DNA of 64,000 nucleotides, taken from contig CAMQVP010000001.1 of assembly GCA_947038265.1 (NCBI GenBank), positions 60,968 to 124,967 on the forward strand, written 5' to 3'. The position numbers and the translations under genes were made by a program. Positions 19,150 to 26,755 of this stretch are shown in pieces. Under the pieces are notes generated by a model. That model saw only the letters and a list, made by a program, of their open reading frames with translations, was not told where the DNA came from and made no database searches. Numbering within the stretch: the stretch's first letter is position 1; the number at the start of each line of letters is the position of its first letter. The stretch is from an uncultured Roseburia sp. GTDB taxonomy: Bacteria > Bacillota > Clostridia > Lachnospirales > Lachnospiraceae.

Positions 19150-19530
19150 AGGAAGTTTTGGGAAGTTTTTTATATGATTGCATCTATAAGGGGGTTGGGG
19201 TTGGGTTGGAATTTTGGAACATAGTTTCTTATGTCTGTGATTTATATGGATGCTGATATAGAGTATTATTTGGGGTGGCGTTGTTCCATTGTATCTATTT
19301 TGGTTCTCTGATAAAATACTATTTTTCTGTATAACTAATGGCTCAATTTACATACAATACATTGATTTTAGTTTGTTTGTAAAGTTACGTCTTATAGCTT
19401 TTTTCATTGTTTGGTTGTGGATTTTCTATATAGTAATGTTTAATTATTCTATCTTACTATATTAGACAAATAGTTTTTGCAGAAATTTTTTGTTGTTGTA
19501 ATCTGAATATTTTGATATTTTTGTTTTTAT
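19150..19530 (+). other. cytosine-depleted T/G-rich low-complexity tract
   Basis: By eye about 50% T, 20% G and under 10% C on the plus strand. It contains the G-run gggggttggggttgggttgg and no credible ORF (the track ORF 19531..19833 is F/L-rich). Confidence 0.7.
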
Positions 19531-19671
19531 ATGTTTTTTACCACTAATGACATACACTTTGCAAACATCTTTGACGCATTCTACGAATCTATTGTTCTTT
19601 TATTCTTCTTTGAATCTCTCTATATTTTAATTTTTCGTTTTGATAATTATTTTCTATATATTTCCTTCCAG

Positions 19672-20092
19672 TTCATTGAAAATTTCAACCATCACGCAAA
19701 CCATATTTTTTTGCTAACGACTTCTCTAAGATTCTTTCTAGGAAATCAAAAAAACATCAGAAATCGCCTATATGATTGCGATCGCTTGCATCTGCGGCAC
19801 ATGTATCGTTTGCTTGTTCTAATCTTTTTTTGAATCAATCATTGCATTGGATCTATCATTTCCTAATACGATTTCTTCCTATTCATTGATACTCTCAACC
19901 ATCACGAAAACCATATTTTTCTGCTAACGACTGCAAAAATTCTTTCTTTGAGATCCAAAAAGAACCTCAAAAATCAGGACACTTATATCTAACGCAATTC
20001 TATCTGGCTCTCTCCATCTATCAGAAAATCTCTATATCTATTCCATCCACTACGCTCCACCTCTATATTCCGCCGTCTGCCAACGCTGTAGT
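19672..20092 (+). repeat. two diverged tandem copies of a repeat of about 200 bp
   Basis: ttcattgaaaatttcaaccatcacgcaaaccatatttttttgctaacgact... at 19672 aligns with ttcattgatactctcaaccatcacgaaaaccatatttttctgctaacgact... at 19873. Identity is about 75-80% over about 110 bp, with a period of about 201 bp. Confidence 0.65.
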
Positions 20093-20334
20093 CATCGGGC
20101 GGATGCAATAGGGCTGTCTTGTTCGTTGCCTTGTGATTGGATTTAGAGTTTCTTAACAATCCCATTCCAGTCACAAGAATCCGCGAACAGGACGTTCGCG
20201 GAAGTCCTAATGCGCCATGGACGGCGCTTTTAGGACGGTTCTGTACGGCGCCAATAAAAAAACGGGATTGTTTAGAAACTCTTAATCCATGAACACAACA
20301 ACGAACAAGACAGCCCTATTGCATCCACCCGATG
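20093..20334. repeat. long nested palindromic element E2 (36-bp terminal inverted repeats with one mismatch, flanking 170 bp), related to E1
   Basis: Left CATCGGGCGGATGCAATAGGGCTGTCTTGTTCGTTG at 20093-20128; right CAACGAACAAGACAGCCCTATTGCATCCACCCGATG at 20299-20334. The inner inverted repeat ggatttagagtttcttaacaatccc / gggattgtttagaaactcttaatcc shares about 24 of 27 nt with the inner repeat of E1 (tgtgttca.ggattaag.gtt.ctaaa). Confidence 0.8.
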
Positions 20335-20418
20335 ACGGACGCCCCCACAGCCCCCTTTGTAACTTTTCTTCTCTTTCATCATAAATTATATAGATAGAAA
20401 AAAAGGAGACTTTTCACT

Positions 20419-22242
20419 ATGGCTATCGGTTATCTAATCCTACAAGCCCGTACCGCGCACGATGCCGTCCCATTAAGCGGCGTCAGGATTAAAATCTTAG
20501 ATCCCCTCGGAAACAATGTCTATGAATTATCAACAGATGAAAACGGAGAAACGCAGAAAATCCCCCTTGAAACTTTAAGCAGAGATTTTTCCCTAAACCC
20601 CTATTTTACAGAACTTCCCTATATCAGTTACAATGTCCGCACCCTCGCGGACGGCTTCCATTCCCTTTTTGTATCGGATATTCCCATCTATGAAGGCGAA
20701 ACCGCTATCCTGCCGCTTACGCTGATTCCCATGGAAACGAACAGACGCAATGCGCTGCAAACGGAAATCTCTGTCGGAAAACCTGCAGTCGCAATGGATA
20801 AACCCCGCCATCAGGAAGGAATGCCACAGGGAAATTATGTGCTCAGGCAAGTCGTAATCCCAAATCCAATTACTGTGCATCTTGGCTCGCCTTCTTCGTC
20901 CGCTTCTAATGTGCGGGTTTCGTTTCCAGACTATATTAAGAACGTTGCAAGCAGTGAAATCTACCCAACATGGCCGGAAGCTTCTCTAAGAGCTAATATT
21001 TACGCCATTATCACGTTTGCCTTAAACCGCGTTTATACGGAATGGTACAGAAGCCGCGGCTATAATTTTGATATTACAAATAATACCGCCTACGACCAGT
21101 ATTTTGTCTATGGAAGGCCGATTTATGATTCCATCAGCAGGATTGTAGATGAAATTTTTAATGAATATGTCCGCAGGAAAGGTCAGAACAACCCATATTT
21201 TACCTCGTTTTGTAATGGAACGACTGCCACTTGCCAAGGGCTTTCGCAGTGGGGTACGGTTTCTTTGGCGGAACAGGGCATGACCCCGATTGGCATTCTC
21301 CGTTCTTATTATCCAAAGGATATTGAAATCGCGCAAACGGATATTATCACGGGTATGCTTTCTTCTTATCCGGAAACGCCGTTAAAGCTTGGAAGCCGCG
21401 GCTTGAATGTGCAGACGATCCAGACTTACTTAAACAGGATACGGAAAAATTATCCGGCTATCCCGAAGATTACTGATGAGACAGGTGTGTTTGGGAAAAG
21501 CACGCAGGACGCAGTGAAAAAATTCCAGTCTGTGTTTCACTTGGCTTCTGATGGGATTGTTGGAAAAAGCACATGGTATAAGATTTCAAGCCTTTATACT
21601 GCCGTTACCAGACTTGCGGAATTAAATGGAGAAGGGGAAACGCTTGGGATCGGGACTGTGCCGCCGGATTCTTTGCTCCGTCAGGGAAGCAGGGGTCAGG
21701 ACGTAATTATTTTACAGTATTTGCTAAATGTGATTTCTGAATATTATGTCGGAGTTCCAGCTCCTGCGCAGGACGGCATCTTTGGAAGCCAGACCGCTCA
21801 GGCTGTTTCGGCTTTTCAAAGGATTATGCGTTTAAATCCGGACGGCATTGTAGGGCCTTTGACTTGGAACGCGCTTTATGAGGCTTATCGGGGAATCGAG
21901 CAGAATATTCCGTCTTTTGGACCGGATCAAGGGACGATTGAATATATCGTTCAGGCAGGTGACACGCTTTGGGCGATTGCCAGAAAATACGGCACGACGG
22001 TTGATGTGTTGAAAAGTTTAAATGGATTAGACAGCGATTTACTGAGGATTGGACAGAAGCTGAAAGTGCCTGTTTCCCAGAGCGCCCCCTCCTATACCGA
22101 ATATACGGTGCAGTCGGGAGATACGCTTTGGTCGCTTGCAAAAAGATACCATACCACGGTAGATGCGATTAAGCAGTTAAATAATCTGTCAAGTGACTTA
22201 CTTAGGATTGGACAGATTTTAAAAATACCTGAAAACAGGTAA
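20419..22242 (+). CDS. SpoIID/LytB-domain cell-wall protein with 2 peptidoglycan-binding (PG_binding_1) and 2 LysM domains
   Basis: SpoIID-type motifs ...EASLRANIYAIITFALNRVY..., ...FDITNNTAYDQYFVYG... and ...CQGLSQWGTVSLAEQGMTPIGILRSYYP.... Two ...GSRG.NV..IQ.YLN...DGIVG..TW... modules and two C-terminal LysM repeats (YIVQAGDTLWAIARKYG... and YTVQSGDTLWSLAKRYH...). GGAG lies 9 nt upstream. Confidence 0.75.
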   Translation: MAIGYLILQARTAHDAVPLSGVRIKILDPLGNNVYELSTDENGETQKIPLETLSRDFSLNPYFTELPYISYNVRTLADGFHSLFVSDIPIYEGETAILPLTLIPMETNRRNALQTEISVGKPAVAMDKPRHQEGMPQGNYVLRQVVIPNPITVHLGSPSSSASNVRVSFPDYIKNVASSEIYPTWPEASLRANIYAIITFALNRVYTEWYRSRGYNFDITNNTAYDQYFVYGRPIYDSISRIVDEIFNEYVRRKGQNNPYFTSFCNGTTATCQGLSQWGTVSLAEQGMTPIGILRSYYPKDIEIAQTDIITGMLSSYPETPLKLGSRGLNVQTIQTYLNRIRKNYPAIPKITDETGVFGKSTQDAVKKFQSVFHLASDGIVGKSTWYKISSLYTAVTRLAELNGEGETLGIGTVPPDSLLRQGSRGQDVIILQYLLNVISEYYVGVPAPAQDGIFGSQTAQAVSAFQRIMRLNPDGIVGPLTWNALYEAYRGIEQNIPSFGPDQGTIEYIVQAGDTLWAIARKYGTTVDVLKSLNGLDSDLLRIGQKLKVPVSQSAPSYTEYTVQSGDTLWSLAKRYHTTVDAIKQLNNLSSDLLRIGQILKIPENR

Positions 22243-22252
22243 TAAGGGGGTA

Positions 22253-22293
22253 TCACAACCCGTTTTGGCTTTGACGCAAACGGGTCGTGACTC
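22253..22293. terminator. convergent-gene hairpin (13-bp stem, no clear T-run)
   Basis: atcacaacccgttt tggctttgacgc aaacgggtcgtgac, lying between the cell-wall gene (+) and the TVP38 gene (-). Confidence 0.35.
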
Positions 22294-22295
22294 TA

Positions 22296-22856
22296 TTATA
22301 TTGCTGCAAAGGCAAGGCTGTACGCTAAAATGCACCATGGCTTGCCGACAATGATAATAGCCGCAAATTTTTTCGCCTGCATTTTCGTTAATCCGGAAAA
22401 GTAGCAGAAGAAATCGTCTGGAAACAGGGGCAGCGCCATTCCTAAAAACAAAAATAGAATGTAGGATTTGCTTTTTTGCGCCCACTGGGAATATTTCTCA
22501 TATTTCTCTTTCGAAAACAGCTTTTCGACTAATTTCACGCCATATTTCCTTGCCAGAAAAAATGCCGCAATCGAACCGGCGGAAATGCCGATATAATTAC
22601 ACCAAAACCCGCCTGCGCTCCCAAATAACACCGCCCCTGCGGCACAGCCTGCAAGCCCCGGAAGCACTGGGAAAATAACCTGAAGCGCCTGCACGACAAC
22701 AAGCGCAAACGGCGCAAGCAGGCCAAATCCTTTGATATATTCTGAAAATGTTTCGACAGACTGAAATCTGCCATCGAAATATGCTTTTAAAATAAAACTG
22801 ATGAAAAGAACAAAAAATACTGTAACTATGACTGTTAAAATCTTTTTCGTCTTCAT
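22296..22856 (-). CDS. TVP38/TMEM64 (DedA/SNARE-associated) family membrane protein
   Basis: 186 aa, polytopic, ...FGLLAPFALVVVQALQVIFPVLPG...AAFFLARKYG.... Confidence 0.7.
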   Translation of the reverse strand: MKTKKILTVIVTVFFVLFISFILKAYFDGRFQSVETFSEYIKGFGLLAPFALVVVQALQVIFPVLPGLAGCAAGAVLFGSAGGFWCNYIGISAGSIAAFFLARKYGVKLVEKLFSKEKYEKYSQWAQKSKSYILFLFLGMALPLFPDDFFCYFSGLTKMQAKKFAAIIIVGKPWCILAYSLAFAAI

Positions 22857-22967
22857 TTCAAATCTCCTTATGCCAGACTTTTACTTTACTGTATCAGTAT
22901 AGCGCAAAGAATCGTTTTCTTTTTTAACAAAACTTAATTTTTTCTTTAAGAAAAGAGGAAAGTTTTC

Positions 22968-23798
22968 TTATCTGTGTAAACTCCTTAAAAGCATAATTTC
23001 TTTTGCCCAGCCGGCGTCATCGTTTGGCGTTTCTAAAATGACCGGAAGACCCTGAAGTTTCGGGTGGTTTAAAACTTCTTCCATAGCTTTTAAGCCAATT
23101 TTCCCCTGCCCGATTTTTTCATGGCGGTCTTTGTGGCTCCCTAATGGGTTCATGCTGTCATTCATATGAATCGCTTTTAAGCGGTCTAACCCGATTGTCT
23201 CATCAAACTTCTTAAGCGTTCCGTCTAAATCGTTTACAATATCGTATCCGCCGTCCCAGACATGGCAGGTGTCCAGACAAACGCCCATTTTGTCCTGTAA
23301 TTCCACTAAATCAAGGATTTTCCGCAATTCTTCAAAGTTTCGCCCTATTTCGCTTCCTTTGCCTGACATTGTTTCTAACAGCACAGTCGTCGTCTGTTCG
23401 GGCTTTAATGTTTCGTTTAATATTTCCGCCGTCAATGCCATCCCCACATCGCTGCCCTGCCCTACATGGGAACCGGGATGAAAATTGTAGTAATTGCCCG
23501 GCGTATATTCCATGCGCCGAAGGTCATCTGCCATGGTTTCCCTTGCGAATCTGCGTATATCCTCTTTTGCCGCGCAGGCATTCATTGTATAGGGCGCGTG
23601 CGCGACCAGTTTTCCAAAAGAATGTTCCTTTGCCAATGCAAGAAAACGTCCCACATCTTCTTCGTCGATTTCTTTTGCCTTACCGCCGCGGGGGTTTCTT
23701 GTAAAAAACGCAAATGTATTTGCGCCCAGTTTTAACGCCTGTTTTCCCATTGCCTCATAGCCTTTTGCGGCTGAGATATGACTTCCAATATAGAGCAT
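22968..23798 (-). CDS. nfo: deoxyribonuclease IV (endonuclease IV)
   Basis: [39 protein letters not shown]...HAPYTMN...ETMSGKGSE...[11 protein letters not shown]...IHMNDS... are the conserved Nfo metal-binding motifs. Confidence 0.9.
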   Translation of the reverse strand: MLYIGSHISAAKGYEAMGKQALKLGANTFAFFTRNPRGGKAKEIDEEDVGRFLALAKEHSFGKLVAHAPYTMNACAAKEDIRRFARETMADDLRRMEYTPGNYYNFHPGSHVGQGSDVGMALTAEILNETLKPEQTTTVLLETMSGKGSEIGRNFEELRKILDLVELQDKMGVCLDTCHVWDGGYDIVNDLDGTLKKFDETIGLDRLKAIHMNDSMNPLGSHKDRHEKIGQGKIGLKAMEEVLNHPKLQGLPVILETPNDDAGWAKEIMLLRSLHR

Positions 23799-23823
23799 AA
23801 CTTCCTCCTAAATGACAATCCAT

Positions 23824-25038
23824 TTATAATTTTGCAATTCTCTCTAACGCGGCAAGCGTATTTTCATAACTTCCAAATGCAGTCAGCCTAAAATAGCCTT
23901 CCCCGCTTGGCCCAAACCCAGACCCCGGCGTTCCGACTACGTTTGCGCGTTCCAAAAGAAAATCAAAAAATTCCCACGAAGTCATTCCTTCCGGCGTTTT
24001 CAGCCAGATATAAGGCGCATTGACGCCTCCAAATACCGTATAGCCGTTTTCTTTTAACCCTTGCTTAATGGCAGATGCATTTTTCATGTAATACGCTACC
24101 TGTTTTTTAATCTGTTCTTTTCCTTCTGGGGAATACACAGCTTCTCCGGCGCGCTGTACAATATACGGGGCGCCGTTAAATTTCGTCCCATGGCGCCTTG
24201 CCCACATATCATGCAGTGATACGCCATTGCATTGTAATGCTTTCGGAACGACGGCATACCCTAACCGCACGCCTGTAAATCCTGCATTCTTAGAAAAACT
24301 TTTTAACTCAATGGCGCAAGTCTGCGCGCCTTTACATTCATAAATAGAATGCGCCACATCTTCTTCCGAAATATACGCTTCATATGCGCCGTCATAGAGA
24401 ATTACCGCCCCTGTTTTATTCGCATAATCCACCCATTCCTGAAGCTGCGCTTTCGTTAATGTCGTGCCTGTCGGGTTATTCGGCAGGCACAAGTAAATCA
24501 AATCTGGCGCTGCTTTTGGAAATTCCGGCGCAAAATTATTTTCTGCCGTACAAGGCATATAAATTACGTCGCTCCAACGCTCTGTGTCCGGATCGTATAC
24601 GCCTGTCCTTCCTGCCATTACATTCGAATCCACATACACCGGATAGACAGGATCGCAGACCGCAATTTTATTTTCCACTGCAAAAATTTCCTGAATATTT
24701 GCAGAATCGCTTTTTGCCCCGTCCGAGACAAAAATTTCATCTTCCGAAATCTCACATCCGCGCGCTTTATAATCATTTTCTACAATCGCTTTCCGCAAAA
24801 AAGCGTAACCAAGATCCGGCGCGTACCCATGAAACGTTTCCGCTTGTCCCATTTCATCTACCGCTTTGTGCATTGCCTCAATAATCGCCGGCGCTATCGG
24901 CTGCGTCACATCGCCGATTCCAAGGCGGATTAAAGGCTTATCCGGATTTTTTTCGGAATAAGCGGCTACTTTTTTCGCGATTGCGCTAAATAAATAACTT
25001 CCCGGTAACTTCTGGTAATTCTCATTAATCTGAAACAT
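23824..25038 (-). CDS. dapL: LL-diaminopimelate aminotransferase
   Basis: [24 protein letters not shown]...[12 protein letters not shown]...[15 protein letters not shown]...; 404 aa. Confidence 0.9.
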   Translation of the reverse strand: MFQINENYQKLPGSYLFSAIAKKVAAYSEKNPDKPLIRLGIGDVTQPIAPAIIEAMHKAVDEMGQAETFHGYAPDLGYAFLRKAIVENDYKARGCEISEDEIFVSDGAKSDSANIQEIFAVENKIAVCDPVYPVYVDSNVMAGRTGVYDPDTERWSDVIYMPCTAENNFAPEFPKAAPDLIYLCLPNNPTGTTLTKAQLQEWVDYANKTGAVILYDGAYEAYISEEDVAHSIYECKGAQTCAIELKSFSKNAGFTGVRLGYAVVPKALQCNGVSLHDMWARRHGTKFNGAPYIVQRAGEAVYSPEGKEQIKKQVAYYMKNASAIKQGLKENGYTVFGGVNAPYIWLKTPEGMTSWEFFDFLLERANVVGTPGSGFGPSGEGYFRLTAFGSYENTLAALERIAKL

Positions 25039-25058
25039 GTTTAATCTCCTTTTTCTCT

Positions 25059-25901
25059 TTAAATATCTATTTCACCGTCAAATACTGTAACGGCTTTTCC
25101 CGTCATATAAATTTGGTTTTCCTTTTGGTTCCAGCGGACAGTTAAATCTCCGCCCAAAAGCTGCGCCGTCACTTCATCTTCTGTAAGCTGGTTCGCCATC
25201 GCCGCTGCCGCGGCGGCGCAGGCTCCCGTCCCACAGGCAAGCGTTTCGCCCGAACCGCGTTCCCAAACGCGCATCCGGATTGTCTTACGGTCAAGGATAT
25301 TGACAAACTCCGTATTAATCCGCTCTGGAAATTTCTCATGGCGCTCAAACGCCGGGCCAAGGGACGGCAAATCCAAATTTTTGACTTCTTCTTTTAAAAA
25401 CACAACACAATGTGGATTTCCTACGGAAAGACATGTAACGGGATATTGCTTTCCGTTTACCGTCAGGGGGGCGTTTATCATTTCTCTTTCCTCTGTCCTA
25501 ACCGGGATTTCGGACGCCAGAAATTTCGGGCTGCCCATTTCCACTATAACCTGTTCTGTTTTTTCGTCCTGAACCGTTAGTTCTAAATGTTTGATTCCCG
25601 CCAATGTTTCAATATCCAGACTTTTTTTCTTGGTAAGCCCTTTGTCATACACATATTTTCCAACGCATCGGATGCCATTGCCGCACATTTGCGCTCTCGA
25701 CCCGTCGGCATTGTAAATATCCATTTCAAAGTCAGCCAAAGCCGATGGCTTAATCAAAATCAACCCGTCTGATCCTATGCCAAAATGCCTGTCACTAAGC
25801 TTTACCGCCAGTTTAGCAGGGTTCTCCACAGTTTCATGCAGACAGTTGACATAAATATAGTCATTTCCCAATCCATGCATCTTCGTAAAGCGCATTCTCA
25901 T
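25059..25901 (-). CDS. dapF: diaminopimelate epimerase
   Basis: ...[15 protein letters not shown]...MCGNGIRC...GTGACAAAAAA...; 280 aa. Confidence 0.9.
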   Translation of the reverse strand: MRMRFTKMHGLGNDYIYVNCLHETVENPAKLAVKLSDRHFGIGSDGLILIKPSALADFEMDIYNADGSRAQMCGNGIRCVGKYVYDKGLTKKKSLDIETLAGIKHLELTVQDEKTEQVIVEMGSPKFLASEIPVRTEEREMINAPLTVNGKQYPVTCLSVGNPHCVVFLKEEVKNLDLPSLGPAFERHEKFPERINTEFVNILDRKTIRMRVWERGSGETLACGTGACAAAAAAMANQLTEDEVTAQLLGGDLTVRWNQKENQIYMTGKAVTVFDGEIDI

Positions 25902-26683
25902 TCCTCCATTCTTTTCAGATAATCCAAAACCATCCGATATTCCATTCCACCGCCAAATAAATCCAGCGCGCTTCCGATTGTCACGTTTAGCCTGCCCATT
26001 CCTTCTTTTTTTAACTGCCGCAAATCTTCAAAGCTTCCCACGCCGCCGGCGTATGTGACCGGAATTTTCGCCCACCGTCCCAGCAGCCTGACAAGCTCCG
26101 TTTCTATGCCGGAAGCTTTTCCCTCTACATCTGCGGCATGTACCAGAAATTCATCTGCATATTCCATAAGGCAGTCTAACAGTTCTTCGGTAATTTTTTC
26201 CTCCGTAAACTTCTGCCAGCGGTCCGTGACAATATAATAAGAATCTTCCCGTTTTCGGCAGCTTAAGTCAAGCGTTAGATGCTCTTTTCCTACAGCATCC
26301 CTCATTTTTTTTAAATTTTCATAATTGACCCGTCCATTTTGAAACACATAGGAGGTCACTATGACATGGCTCGCCCCCGCGTTTAAAAATTCCTCCGCAT
26401 TTCCGGCATGGATTCCGCCGCCTGCCTGAAGCCCGTTTGGATACGCTTGTAACGCGGCAACTGCCTGCCGCTTCGTTTCCCCATAATATGCGCTTGTGGC
26501 AGGATTGAGCAGTATGACATGGCCGCCTTTGATTTGATCTTTTTTATAAAACTCCGCGTAAAAGGCAGCATCCTGAGCGGAAACAAAATTCTCTTTTGCC
26601 TGATTCCCCTCATCTTTTAAACTTCCCCCGACAATTTGTTTTACTTTCCCATTGTGTATATCGATACAAGGCCGAAACTCCAA
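25898..26683 (-). CDS. HisA/HisF-family (beta/alpha)8-barrel protein (ProFAR isomerase-like), TTG start
   Basis: ...RPCIDIHNGKVKQIVGG...HVIVTS...TYAGGVGSFEDL... resembles HIS6/HisA-like isomerases. The first codon is TTG (reverse complement of caa at 26681-26683), preceded by AGGAGAGGAG. It overlaps dapF by 4 nt. Confidence 0.7.
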   Translation of the reverse strand: MEFRPCIDIHNGKVKQIVGGSLKDEGNQAKENFVSAQDAAFYAEFYKKDQIKGGHVILLNPATSAYYGETKRQAVAALQAYPNGLQAGGGIHAGNAEEFLNAGASHVIVTSYVFQNGRVNYENLKKMRDAVGKEHLTLDLSCRKREDSYYIVTDRWQKFTEEKITEELLDCLMEYADEFLVHAADVEGKASGIETELVRLLGRWAKIPVTYAGGVGSFEDLRQLKKEGMGRLNVTIGSALDLFGGGMEYRMVLDYLKRMEE

Positions 26684-26703
26684 TCTCCTCTCCTTTCGTC
26701 TGA

Positions 26704-26739
26704 CAAAACGACGAAGCCCATACCGGAACTCCGTCGTTT
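26704..26739 (-). terminator. hairpin with T-run after the giant surface-protein gene
   Basis: On the minus strand: AAACGACGgagttccggtatgggcttCGTCGTTTTg. Confidence 0.45.
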
Positions 26740-26755
26740 CGCATATTATCCGTGA

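Noticed and set aside
19531-19833. 100-aa F/L-rich ORF in the intergenic region
   Set aside because: Its composition is driven by the T-rich tract. It has no ribosome-binding site and overlaps the tandem repeat.
19672-20092. Possible CRISPR array
   Set aside because: There are only two copies, the units are about 100-200 bp and diverged (about 75-80% identity), there is no spacer periodicity of about 30/35 bp, and no cas gene lies in the window.
18883-20418. Housekeeping ncRNAs (tmRNA, RNase P RNA, SRP RNA) in the long intergenic regions
   Set aside because: I looked for tmRNA tRNA-like ends (GGTTCGA...CCACCA), the RNase P motif GAAAGTCC and the SRP domain IV motif AGGTCAGG. None was found in 18.9-20.4 kb or 49.4-50.85 kb. 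A 6S-like identity for the long hairpins cannot be excluded without covariance models.
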